A stretch of DNA of 64,000 bases. Origin: an uncultured Pelagibacteraceae bacterium. Lineage in GTDB: Bacteria > Pseudomonadota > Alphaproteobacteria > Pelagibacterales > Pelagibacteraceae. The notes below the pieces were generated by a model, which was given only the letters and a program-made list of their open reading frames with translations, had not been told where the DNA came from and searched no databases. The translations under genes and the position numbers were made by a program. The stretch spans positions 12,675-76,674 of the forward strand of contig CACGHU010000001.1 in the NCBI GenBank assembly GCA_902572945.1. Reading direction: 5' to 3'. Shown piece after piece: positions 10,408-20,065 of the stretch (position 1 is its first letter; each line of letters begins with the position of its first letter).

Positions 10408-11634
10408 ATGCAAGATATCCTAAAAAACGTAAGGTTTTCAATAAAGCCAACTAAACTGAATGGTGAAAATAAAGTAGAGTTAGCTAGAACTCTCCCTATT
10501 CATCCTCTTACCTATCAAGAACTGCCTTACGACCCTGAATATTCACATTATGCTGGGCGGCTTACTACAGAAAAATTATCAAATGCAACTCCTGATCAAA
10601 TGTATTGGAAAACAAGAAAAGAAATAATTTTAAGGCATACGGGAGAATATCCTTATGAAATATCAGGTCCAGACTCTTTAAAATTTTTAGAAAAAATTTT
10701 CCCTAGAAATATTTCAAAAATAAAAGTTGGTAGATGTTCTTATCAGTTTGCTTGTTACCATGATGGTGGAATGATAACTGATGGAATATTATTAAGATTA
10801 GAAGAGAATAAATTTTGGTTTGCTCAAGCTGATGGAGATCTTTTTTCATGGTATAAAGCGAATGCCGAAGGTTACAATGTAAAAATATCTGATCCAAATG
10901 TTTGGATTAGTCAAATACAAGGTCCCAAATCAATGGAGTTGTTATCAAAATTAATAAAAGAAGACATTGCAGAAAAATGGAACTATTTTGATTGTAAAGA
11001 AGTAACAATATTAAGTGAAAAGATTATAATAAGCAGAACTGGATTTACAAACGAACTTGGATGGGAGATTTACTTTAGACCTGAAAATAACGCTGAGAAA
11101 ATTGGTGATTTAATTTTATCTGAAGGAAAAAAGATGGGTATGATTTTAACAGCAACGCCATCTTTTAGAGGAAGAAGAATAGAAGCAGGTCTTCTTTCAG
11201 CAGGTCAAGACTTTGACAAGAATACAAATCCTTTTTCTGTTGGACTTGGTAAATTTGTTGATTTAGATAAAAAAGATTTTATTGGAAAAAAAGCTTTATC
11301 GAATGTTGAAAAAAAATGTAGAACATGGGGCCTTAGAGTTAAAGAAAATGTGGCTCTAAAAGGTGAAAATATTTTCTCTAATAACAAAGTAATTGGAAGA
11401 GTTACATCAAGCACATGGTCACCATTTCAAGTTTGTGGAGTTGCAATTATACATTTAAATAATTATCAATTTGGACCTGGCTCAGTAATAGATGTGAAGT
11501 GTTCAGATGGAAAAATTTATAAAGGTGAAATTTGCAGTCTACCAATGTACGATAAAAAAAACGAGATAGTTCGGGGCTTAATAGAAAATATACCAACTAA
11601 GCCAGAACCTTGGCCAGGAATTCAAACAAAATAG
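10408..11634 (+). CDS. Aminomethyltransferase (GcvT-like) family THF-dependent demethylase, substrate unknown
   Basis: EISGPD, GGMITDG, QIQGPKS, SRTGFTNELGWEIY, RIEAG, DFIGK and GRVTS motifs. Confidence 0.85.
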   Translation: MQDILKNVRFSIKPTKLNGENKVELARTLPIHPLTYQELPYDPEYSHYAGRLTTEKLSNATPDQMYWKTRKEIILRHTGEYPYEISGPDSLKFLEKIFPRNISKIKVGRCSYQFACYHDGGMITDGILLRLEENKFWFAQADGDLFSWYKANAEGYNVKISDPNVWISQIQGPKSMELLSKLIKEDIAEKWNYFDCKEVTILSEKIIISRTGFTNELGWEIYFRPENNAEKIGDLILSEGKKMGMILTATPSFRGRRIEAGLLSAGQDFDKNTNPFSVGLGKFVDLDKKDFIGKKALSNVEKKCRTWGLRVKENVALKGENIFSNNKVIGRVTSSTWSPFQVCGVAIIHLNNYQFGPGSVIDVKCSDGKIYKGEICSLPMYDKKNEIVRGLIENIPTKPEPWPGIQTK

Positions 11635-11643
11635 TTTCTTTAA

Positions 11644-12342
11644 ATGGATATTGTTGAGAAAAAAATTATATCTATAGGCGGTGGCGGATTCACACATCAA
11701 ACAGACAAATTTTTAGATGAATTTGTAATTAATCAAATAATCGATAGAAAAATTAAATTTGGATTTTTACCCACAGCAAGCAAAGATAATTTAAATAAAA
11801 TTAAAGTATATTATGAAGAATTAAAAAAATATAATCTTGAATTATCTCATTTTGAACTTTGTTCAAAAGTAAAAGGTTTCTCAAATTGGATAATGGATCA
11901 AGATATTATTTATGTTGGAGGAGGAAATACCAACTTCATGCTAGATTTGTGGCAGGCAAATAAATTGTATAAATATTTTGAAAAAGCTTATAAATCAGGA
12001 ATTATTTTGTCAGGTGTTAGCGCTGGTGCTGTTTGTTGGTTTGAATGGATATTTACAGATTCTCTAGGAGATGGATATAAACCCCTTAGAGGAATGAATT
12101 TTATATCAGGAAGTTGTACACCTCATGCGTCTGAGAAAAATAGAATTTATGAATTTGAATTAAGTATTAAGAATAAAAAAATACCTTCTGGTATAGCTAT
12201 TGATGATGGTGTTGCTGTTCTATTCATAAACGGTAAACCAACTTCTGTTTGTTCTTCAAACAAAAATAGAAATGCATATTTTATTGATGATAATAACAAT
12301 AGAATTGTATTAAATGATCATATAAAAAAAACTAATGAGTAA
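11644..12342 (+). CDS. Peptidase E (S51) family protein
   Basis: IGGGGF, FLPTAS, IYVGGGNT, GVSAGA nucleophile elbow, PH motif. Confidence 0.85.
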   Translation: MDIVEKKIISIGGGGFTHQTDKFLDEFVINQIIDRKIKFGFLPTASKDNLNKIKVYYEELKKYNLELSHFELCSKVKGFSNWIMDQDIIYVGGGNTNFMLDLWQANKLYKYFEKAYKSGIILSGVSAGAVCWFEWIFTDSLGDGYKPLRGMNFISGSCTPHASEKNRIYEFELSIKNKKIPSGIAIDDGVAVLFINGKPTSVCSSNKNRNAYFIDDNNNRIVLNDHIKKTNE

Positions 12343-13492
12343 TATTTTTCCAAGCAAAAGAATTCATAGTATTGAGGATGCACGTAATTTAGCCAGAAAA
12401 AGAATGCCAAGAATGATGTTTGATTTTGTGGATGGAGCTTCTGGGGACGAAAAATTATGTGAAAATAACAGTAAAGCGCTGGATCAGATTAGACTTCAGC
12501 CTCGTGTTCTCAGAAATGTGGAAAAAAGAAAAATCAATAAAAGTTTTTTAGGTTCTGAATATGATCAACCATTTGGTTTTGCACCTATGGGAATGTGTAA
12601 TTTAACTTGGCCTGGCGCAGATGTAATGTTAGCACAAGAAAGCGTAAATAATAATATACCAATGTGTGTATCGATGGCGTCCTCAACTTCATTAGAAAAA
12701 ATGTATGATCTTTCTAAAGGAAATTGCTGGTTGCAATTATATAATTTTCAAGATGAAGAATTTCTAATGGAGCTTTTAGATAGAGCCCATCAAAAAGGTT
12801 ATAAAGTAGCAATTCTTACTGTTGATGTACCTATACAATTTAGAAGAGCTAAAGATAATAAGAATGGTTTTACTGTACCGTTTAATTTAGGTCCAAAACA
12901 ATTTTTTGATTTTGCTACACATCCACTTTGGTCAATAAGTACACTTCTATATGGAATTCCTAAGCCAATGAATTATGAAACATCAAAGCGAGGAAATACA
13001 TTTAATAGAAGTGAAAGTAGAGGATCCACAGATTGGAATACATTAAAAAGAGTGAGAGAAAAATGGAAAGGAAAACTAATTATAAAAGGCGTGATGTCTC
13101 CTGAGGATGCTATTAAAATTAAAGAAGAAGGTGCTGATGCTATACAAGTTTCAAATCATGGTGGAAGACAATTAGATAGCGCAACAGCATCAATTGAGGT
13201 ACTTCCTTTGATAAGGAATTCTCTAGGAAAAGATTTTCCAATCATATTTGATAGCGGTATTAGAGGCGGCAGTGATATTGTAAGAGCATTAGCTCTTGGA
13301 GCTGATTTCACAATGGTTGGTAGACCTTTGATGTATGGTATTGGAGCTGACGGGGCTAAAGGATTGAAAAGAATAGTCGATATAATTAAAGAGGAAGTTA
13401 GTACGGCCTTGGGATTAGTAGGTTTAAATGATATAAAAGATATATCTTCGGATATTATAGCTGAGAGATTTATAAGAGAATTTAAATATTAA
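12335..13492 (+). CDS. FMN-dependent alpha-hydroxy acid dehydrogenase/oxidase (LldD/glycolate oxidase family)
   Basis: FDFVDG, WLQLY, LTVD, IIKGV, SNHGGRQLD and DSGIRGGSD motifs. Confidence 0.9.
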   Translation: MSNIFPSKRIHSIEDARNLARKRMPRMMFDFVDGASGDEKLCENNSKALDQIRLQPRVLRNVEKRKINKSFLGSEYDQPFGFAPMGMCNLTWPGADVMLAQESVNNNIPMCVSMASSTSLEKMYDLSKGNCWLQLYNFQDEEFLMELLDRAHQKGYKVAILTVDVPIQFRRAKDNKNGFTVPFNLGPKQFFDFATHPLWSISTLLYGIPKPMNYETSKRGNTFNRSESRGSTDWNTLKRVREKWKGKLIIKGVMSPEDAIKIKEEGADAIQVSNHGGRQLDSATASIEVLPLIRNSLGKDFPIIFDSGIRGGSDIVRALALGADFTMVGRPLMYGIGADGAKGLKRIVDIIKEEVSTALGLVGLNDIKDISSDIIAERFIREFKY

Positions 13493-13493
13493 A

Positions 13494-15236
13494 ATGTCAG
13501 AAAAAAAAATAAGAGGTGGGTCTCTAATTGCAAGAGCTTTAAGGGATAAAGGCATAGAAAATGTTTTCACTTTATCAGGTGGTTTCTGTAATCCTGCTTT
13601 AGAAGGATTAATGGAATGTCAGATAGATGTAATAAATTGTCCACATGAACAGATTGCAGGACACCTTGCTGATGGACACACAAGAATTACTAGAAAACCT
13701 ACTGTATGTTTAGTCGGGCCAGAGGGATTTGCAAATGCTGTGCCATCTATGATGGAAGCGTGGGGAGAAAGATCTCCAGTGATTTTTATCACTGGATCAA
13801 GTAGTTTAAGAAGACAAGGAGCAGGAGGATTTAAAGAAATTGATGATGTAAAAATTGCTGAACCATTAACAAAATATAGCGTAAGTATTACTGATGGAAA
13901 TAGAATTCGTGAATTTGTAGATAAAGCTTATTTAATAGCAACAAACGGTTACCCAGGAGCAGTTCACTTAAGTGTCCCAGTGGATATCATGTTTTCATCT
14001 TTTCCTGAGAATGCAGGATTAGAGGAAAGGCCTTTTTCTCAATCAAAAAAAATAAAAAATATTGCTTGGCCAGATCCCAATCAAATGAGTGAAGTTTTAA
14101 AATTAGCTTCGAATTGTAAAAAACCAATGCTTATTGGTGGCCACGGTGTCTGGTGGTCAGGTTCTGAAAAGAAATTAGAAGCTGCGGGTCAAAATTTAAA
14201 TATTCCAATTTTTAATGTTCCATACCATCAAAAACTTTTAGGGGAGGAAGCTAAATCGTACATGGGATTGGCAGATATACACCAATATCCCCCTTCAAAA
14301 TTCGCGTTTGATGAATCAGACTTAATTTTAATGGTTGGAACAAGACTTGACAATCAGATGAATTTTGGGAACCCCCCGCTATTTCCTAAATCCACAAAAA
14401 TTGTTTGTATAAATGGGTCTCATGAAGAAATCGAATTAAATAGAGCTGCAGACATTAATATGCTGTGTGATCCAGGGGTATTTTTAGATACTTTAAGTAA
14501 ACTAAAAGTAAATAATAAATGGAATTTAGACAATAAATGGATTGAGCAAAACATATCAGAAAAAAAGAAATGGATTGATAAATCTTTAAAAGATCTTGAA
14601 AAAGAAACAATCGAAGCAAAAAAAAACGGTGGTAAAATTCATCCCCTTCAATTAGCTTTAGATGTACAAGATGCAATGAAGGATAATGATTGGTTGGTGA
14701 TAGATGGTGGAAATACTCATTTTTGGTCTGAAATAGCAATTAATATTGCTGGCCATAAAGGAAAAAAACTTGGTGGTATTTTACATCCCGGAACTTTTAG
14801 TATGCTTGGTGTTGGGGTTCCGTTTGCACTTTCTGCAAAAAATCTAAATCCAAAATCAAATGTAGTATTGATAAGCGGCGATGGAGCTTTTTTATCTGGA
14901 GGCTTATCTATTGAAGCAGCTTTTCAAGAAAATAAGCCGATAGTAGTTGTAATAGATAATAATGGAGGATTAGATTGTATTTCTCAACAACAAGAAAGAC
15001 TGTTTGAAAGTGGAAAACATTTTGCAACTGATTTTAGAGATATTCCTTTTCATAAAATATTCGAAGGATTTGGAGGTCATGGTGAGCTTGTCCTTAAAAG
15101 AGAAGAGCTTGCACCAGCACTTAAAAGAGCTCTCGAAAGTGGAAAAACTGCATGTGTAAACGTAAAAGCTAAAGGAGTTATCAGCCCGATTGTGGCTGCA
15201 GTAAGTAATAAAAGAGATAAAGCATCAATTGAATAA
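13494..15236 (+). CDS. Thiamine-pyrophosphate-dependent enzyme (acetolactate synthase / 2-hydroxyacyl-CoA lyase-like)
   Basis: HEQ catalytic Glu motif, PGAVHLSVPVD and GDGAF...NN TPP-binding motif. Confidence 0.85.
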   Translation: MSEKKIRGGSLIARALRDKGIENVFTLSGGFCNPALEGLMECQIDVINCPHEQIAGHLADGHTRITRKPTVCLVGPEGFANAVPSMMEAWGERSPVIFITGSSSLRRQGAGGFKEIDDVKIAEPLTKYSVSITDGNRIREFVDKAYLIATNGYPGAVHLSVPVDIMFSSFPENAGLEERPFSQSKKIKNIAWPDPNQMSEVLKLASNCKKPMLIGGHGVWWSGSEKKLEAAGQNLNIPIFNVPYHQKLLGEEAKSYMGLADIHQYPPSKFAFDESDLILMVGTRLDNQMNFGNPPLFPKSTKIVCINGSHEEIELNRAADINMLCDPGVFLDTLSKLKVNNKWNLDNKWIEQNISEKKKWIDKSLKDLEKETIEAKKNGGKIHPLQLALDVQDAMKDNDWLVIDGGNTHFWSEIAINIAGHKGKKLGGILHPGTFSMLGVGVPFALSAKNLNPKSNVVLISGDGAFLSGGLSIEAAFQENKPIVVVIDNNGGLDCISQQQERLFESGKHFATDFRDIPFHKIFEGFGGHGELVLKREELAPALKRALESGKTACVNVKAKGVISPIVAAVSNKRDKASIE

Positions 15237-15239
15237 TCA

Positions 15240-15575
15240 ATGGCAATAGTTTCATCACACTTATTAAGTTCAACAGATGGCTCACATGCATCAGGCGTAA
15301 AAGTAATTATAAATCAAATAAAAAATAATGGATCAAGAAGAAAGATTTTTCAATCGAAGACAGATAAAAATGGGAGAATTTATAAACAATTTTCTATAAC
15401 AAAAAAAGACACCTCTTTAAAATATGAAATTATTTTTAATCTACAAAATTATTATAAAAAAAAAACTAATGTTACAGAAATCGTAATCAAGTTTAATATG
15501 AAAAATCCTAAGAAAAAATATCATATACCTGTTATAATCGCTCCAAATGGGTATTCTGTTTGGTGGTCAAAATAA
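15240..15575 (+). CDS. Transthyretin-like / hydroxyisourate hydrolase family protein with non-canonical C-terminus
   Basis: SSHLL...G..ASGV, TDKNGR and YHIPVIIAPNGYS motifs; ends WWSK rather than YRGS. Confidence 0.8.
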   Translation: MAIVSSHLLSSTDGSHASGVKVIINQIKNNGSRRKIFQSKTDKNGRIYKQFSITKKDTSLKYEIIFNLQNYYKKKTNVTEIVIKFNMKNPKKKYHIPVIIAPNGYSVWWSK

Positions 15576-15579
15576 ATTA

Positions 15580-16743
15580 ATGAAAAAAACGTCTGTTCAT
15601 CAAGCAAAAAATATCAAATTAAATATGTCAAGACGTATAAGACGTACACCTTTTACTGATAGGGTTGAAAAATTAGGTGTATCAGATTTTACAGTTGTCA
15701 ATCATATGCTCTTACCAAAGGGTTTTAGAAAAACCGTGGAGCAAGATTATTGGCATTTAAGCAAACATGTTCAGTTATGGGATGTTTCTTGTCAAAGGCA
15801 GGTTCAAATATCTGGCAAAGATGCATTTAAACTTATTCAAAAGTTGACACCAAGACCATTAAAAAAGATGCAAACTGGAAAATGTTTTTATATTCCAATC
15901 TTAAATGAAAAAGGAGGTATGATTAATGATCCTGTTCTTCTTAAATTAGATGATGACATGTTTTGGATATCTATTGCTGACTCTGATATATTGCTCTGGG
16001 CCAATGGTATTGCAATTGGACTAGGTTTAGATGTTAAAATAAAAGAACCAGATGTTTATCCATTAGCAGTACAAGGACCAAAATCTGAGGATTTACTTGT
16101 ATCCATCTTTGGAGAAGAAATCAGAAAAATAAAATTTTTCAATTTTAGAATATTTGACTTTATGGGAACGAAACAAATAATAGCAAGGTCAGGCTATAGT
16201 AAACAAGATGGTTTTGAAATTTACTTTAAAGGTTTCGAAAAATATTTTGATAGTAAAGACTTGGGAGAAAATCTTTGGGATACAATTTGGAAAGCTGGAA
16301 AAAAATTTAATATTTCACCGGGATGTCCTAATCTAATAGATAGAATAGAAGGTGGGTTAATGTCATATGGAAACGATTTTACTAAAGAAAACAATCCTTA
16401 TGAATGTAATTTAGAAAAATATTGTAAATTTGATGATCATGATTTCATTGGAAAAAAAGCTCTTGAAAAAATTAAAAAAAGTGGATTAAAACAAAAAATG
16501 CGAGGGGTTATGTTTAGTGGAAAACCCTATAAACCTAATGGTAAGCTTTTACCAGTGCTTTCACTAAGTAAAAAAATTATTGGAAGAATTACATCTGGAA
16601 TTTTTTCACCAAGAATAAAAAAAAATATAGGTCTTTCAATGATTTCAAAAGATTATTGGAAAGAAAATCAAAAAGTTTTAGTAGAAACCTTAGATGGCAA
16701 ATTAGTAAAAGGTACTATTACCTCTTTGCCATTTCCTAAATAA
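15580..16743 (+). CDS. dmdA: DMSP demethylase DmdA-like protein
   Basis: SRRIRRTP, NHMLLP, WDVSCQRQV, NDPVLLKL, WISIADSD, ARSGYSKQDGFEIY, PGCPNLIDRIE and SYGND closely follow DmdA; may be a paralogue. Confidence 0.72.
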   Translation: MKKTSVHQAKNIKLNMSRRIRRTPFTDRVEKLGVSDFTVVNHMLLPKGFRKTVEQDYWHLSKHVQLWDVSCQRQVQISGKDAFKLIQKLTPRPLKKMQTGKCFYIPILNEKGGMINDPVLLKLDDDMFWISIADSDILLWANGIAIGLGLDVKIKEPDVYPLAVQGPKSEDLLVSIFGEEIRKIKFFNFRIFDFMGTKQIIARSGYSKQDGFEIYFKGFEKYFDSKDLGENLWDTIWKAGKKFNISPGCPNLIDRIEGGLMSYGNDFTKENNPYECNLEKYCKFDDHDFIGKKALEKIKKSGLKQKMRGVMFSGKPYKPNGKLLPVLSLSKKIIGRITSGIFSPRIKKNIGLSMISKDYWKENQKVLVETLDGKLVKGTITSLPFPK

Positions 16744-16761
16744 ATATATATACATATTAAT

Positions 16762-17886
16762 ATGTTTAAACCTGTTATTGTTGGATATGCTCGTTCGCCC
16801 TTCACTATGGCAAGGAAGGGTGCACTTATTGATGTTAAGCCAGTAAATTTATTATCCGAAGTTGTAAAAAATTTAGTTTCTAAAAGCAAAATTAATAAGG
16901 AAGATATTGAAGATATTGTGGTCGGTTGTGCTTTTCAGGTTGGTGAGCAATGTTTCAACATTGGAAAATTAGTTACCTTTTTAGCGGATATGAATGTTAA
17001 AACGTCAGGTATGACCGTTGACAGGTGGTGTGGATCCTCAATGGAGGCTATCCATATAGCGTCAGGTAAAATTGCAATGGGGTCAGGCAAAGTTTTTATT
17101 TGTGGTGGAGTAGAAAGTATGTCTAGAGTAAATACTGGATTTGACCCAGTCCCTTATCCTTATACTGAAAAAGAAAACCCTCATGTATATTTTTCAATGG
17201 GTACTACAGCTGAGAACGTAGCTAAAAAGTTTAATATTTTAAGAGAAGAGCAACAAGAGTTTGCAATATCAAGTCATAATAAGGCACATGAAGCTCAAAA
17301 AAATGGAAAGTTATCTGAAGAAATAATTCCAATAGGTGAATGTAAAGAAGACGGAAATATTAGGCCCAATAGTACTCAAGAAAAATTAAATCAATTAAAA
17401 CTCGCTTTTGATACAAAAGGAACAGTCACCGCAGCAACATCTTCACCATTAACTGATGGGGCAGCGGCAACAATAATCTGTGAGGAAAATTATGCAAAAG
17501 AAAATAATCTTAATATATTGGGTAGAATAATTTCTACAGCTGTTGAAGGTTGTGATCCAGATTACATGGGACTTGGTCCAATAGGTGCATCAAAAAAAGC
17601 ACTTATGCGTGCAGATTTATCAATTGATAAAATTGATATCTTTGAACTTAACGAGGCTTTTGCATCACAATCTTTAGCTTGTATAAAAGATTTAGGTATT
17701 GACCAAAAGAAAGTTAACATTGATGGAGGTGCATTAGCCTTAGGACATCCGCTTGGAGCTACAGGAGCTAGGATTACCGGAAAAGCTGCTGATCTTCTAA
17801 GAAGAGAAAATAAAAAATATGCACTTTCAACTCAATGTATCGGTCTTGGTATGGGGATTGCTACTGTAATTGAGTCGGTAGATTAA
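16762..17886 (+). CDS. Acetyl-CoA C-acyltransferase (thiolase)
   Basis: CGSS active-site Cys, NEAFA, GHPLGATGAR and CIGLGMG motifs. Confidence 0.92.
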   Translation: MFKPVIVGYARSPFTMARKGALIDVKPVNLLSEVVKNLVSKSKINKEDIEDIVVGCAFQVGEQCFNIGKLVTFLADMNVKTSGMTVDRWCGSSMEAIHIASGKIAMGSGKVFICGGVESMSRVNTGFDPVPYPYTEKENPHVYFSMGTTAENVAKKFNILREEQQEFAISSHNKAHEAQKNGKLSEEIIPIGECKEDGNIRPNSTQEKLNQLKLAFDTKGTVTAATSSPLTDGAAATIICEENYAKENNLNILGRIISTAVEGCDPDYMGLGPIGASKKALMRADLSIDKIDIFELNEAFASQSLACIKDLGIDQKKVNIDGGALALGHPLGATGARITGKAADLLRRENKKYALSTQCIGLGMGIATVIESVD

Positions 17887-18741
17887 TTATCTACTTATTC
17901 CTCTAATTCTTTCTGATCTTCTTCTTAAAAGTTCAGCTGTTACTAAAATAAGAGTTGATAAAACAATTAAACATGTTGCAACCGCTAAAATAGTTGGACT
18001 TAATTGTTCTCTTAGACCTGTCCACATTTGAATTGGAATAGTTGTATTATCTAATCCAGCTAAGAATAAAACAACTACTACTTCATCAAAAGAAGTTACA
18101 AAGGCAAATAAACCACCTGATATTACTCCTGGTAAAATCAAAGGTAATGTAATTTTCATAAATGTATTAACAGGATCACTTCCCAAACTTGATGCTGCTC
18201 TAGTTACACTATGATCAAAACCAGATAGTGTAGCAGTCACTGTAATTACTACAAATGGAGTTCCTAAAACAATGTGTGCCAAAATTATTCCTGTATGTGT
18301 AGCAGCCAAACCTGCTTTTGCCATAAAGAAAAATATTGCAACACCAGAAATAATCAAAGGTACGATCATCGGAGATATTAATGTAGCCATTATTATTCCT
18401 TTATAAGGCATGTGTCTGCTACTTAACCCTAATGCTGCAACTGTTCCAAGTATCACTGAGCCTATTGTGGCAAAGGTTGCAATTATAAAACTATTTTTTG
18501 TTGCAAGACCCCAAGGATTTTTAGTTCCATATATCATATCCTTATACCATCTTAGTGAGAATGCATCTGGATCTAATCTTTTCATTCCATCTGAAAAAAC
18601 TAAAAACTCTTCTGCATTAAATGATAATGGAAAAATTACAAACAAAGGTGCAATCAAAAAGAAAAAAACACAGGTACAAATAAAAAGATAAAAATAGTGC
18701 CAAATTCTATATCTTGTCTCTGTATATTTTGGTAATGCCAT
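17887..18741 (-). CDS. Polyamine/osmolyte-type ABC permease (PotC-like)
   Basis: LSF, FSLRWY, AASSLG EAA loop and SFDEVV motif. Confidence 0.88.
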   Translation of the reverse strand: MALPKYTETRYRIWHYFYLFICTCVFFFLIAPLFVIFPLSFNAEEFLVFSDGMKRLDPDAFSLRWYKDMIYGTKNPWGLATKNSFIIATFATIGSVILGTVAALGLSSRHMPYKGIIMATLISPMIVPLIISGVAIFFFMAKAGLAATHTGIILAHIVLGTPFVVITVTATLSGFDHSVTRAASSLGSDPVNTFMKITLPLILPGVISGGLFAFVTSFDEVVVVLFLAGLDNTTIPIQMWTGLREQLSPTILAVATCLIVLSTLILVTAELLRRRSERIRGISR

Positions 18742-18743
18742 AA

Positions 18744-19997
18744 TTATCCTAGTTTTATATTATCTACTCCAACAAGTTTGTTATAAATCCAATAAATTAC
18801 AAGAACTCCAGTTAGTAGCATTAGACCCATTGCAGATGCAAAACTCCAATCTAAAGTACTTTTCATATGAAAGGCTATTTGATTGCTTATTAAAGTGCCC
18901 GAGGCACCTCCAACAAGTGCTGGTGTAATATAGTATCCAATTGCAAGTATAAAAACCAATAAACAGCCAGCCCCAATTCCAGGAATTGTTAATGGAAAAT
19001 AAACTTTCCAAAAAGCTACAAAAGGAGTTCCTCCAAGTGATTTTCCTGCCCTCATTAAACTTGGGGAAATTGTCTTCATAACGCTATAAAGCGGTAACAC
19101 CATAAAAGGTAATAGAATTTGGGTCATCGCAACATAAGTGCCTGTTTTGTTATACATCATTTCTGGTCTGTTTTCCTCGCCAACAAGGCCAATCCATACA
19201 AAAAAATCATTTACAATTCCTTGTTGCTGTAAAAGTATCATCCAACTTGCGGTTCTTACTAATAAAGAAGTCCAGAAAGGTAATAGAACACAAATCATTA
19301 ATAGATTACTATATTTCATTGGTAAGGTTGCTAGTAAATGTGCTATCGGATACGCCATTAAAAAACATAATATAGTTACAAAAAAAGCAATCTCCAAAGT
19401 TCTAAGCCATAATATTCTGTGAACTCTTCTATCCTCTGAAACTTGTGATATTTTTCCATCTTCATTTTCATACATATCCATTGCTTTGAGATATTTTGAA
19501 TAAGTAATATCTGGGGCTCTTCTCTTTATAGCTCTCCAATATTCAACATTTGCCCAACGTTTATGCACATTCATGATTTGCTCTTTATAATTACCTTGTT
19601 CAAATTTTTTCATTTTACGTTGAAGTTTTTTTAGAATACTTTTAAAACCATTTTTTTCGTAATTTAATTGAGTAGCTAATTTTCCAAATGTCTTTTTCTC
19701 AACAAGAAATTTATAATCCAAATAAAATGCCTCGAAAACTTCCTCTGGGGGTAATTCTTTACCATCCCATTTTTCCATTGCTTTAAATGTTTTTGGAAGC
19801 ATATTTGTGACCATTCGATCATCTACGCTTCTAAAAAGCATTTCACCTATTGGAAAAATGTAAGTAATTATTAAAAAAAGTAACAATGGAGCTACTAAAA
19901 GAAAAGCTTTTATTTTATTTTTTTTTTCTGCTTTTTTTAAGCTTACCTCTAAAGGAATTCCGTCAGTAGTTAATATTTGTTTAGTTTCACTGCTCAT
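18744..19997 (-). CDS. Polyamine/osmolyte-type ABC permease (PotB-like) with large periplasmic insert
   Basis: LPFWTSLLVRT, LPFMVLPLY and GYYITPALVGG motifs. Confidence 0.88.
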   Translation of the reverse strand: MSSETKQILTTDGIPLEVSLKKAEKKNKIKAFLLVAPLLLFLIITYIFPIGEMLFRSVDDRMVTNMLPKTFKAMEKWDGKELPPEEVFEAFYLDYKFLVEKKTFGKLATQLNYEKNGFKSILKKLQRKMKKFEQGNYKEQIMNVHKRWANVEYWRAIKRRAPDITYSKYLKAMDMYENEDGKISQVSEDRRVHRILWLRTLEIAFFVTILCFLMAYPIAHLLATLPMKYSNLLMICVLLPFWTSLLVRTASWMILLQQQGIVNDFFVWIGLVGEENRPEMMYNKTGTYVAMTQILLPFMVLPLYSVMKTISPSLMRAGKSLGGTPFVAFWKVYFPLTIPGIGAGCLLVFILAIGYYITPALVGGASGTLISNQIAFHMKSTLDWSFASAMGLMLLTGVLVIYWIYNKLVGVDNIKLG

Positions 19998-20001
19998 AAA
20001 A

Positions 20002-20029
20002 TAAAAAGGGCGGTTATTAAAACCGCCCT
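20002..20029 (-). terminator. Rho-independent terminator-like hairpin after the binding-protein gene
   Basis: AGGGCGGTT-N5-AACCGCCCT 9-bp stem followed by TTTTAT on the minus strand. Confidence 0.75.
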
Positions 20030-20065
20030 AAATATATTATATAATTTTAGTCTTTAAAACTTAAA

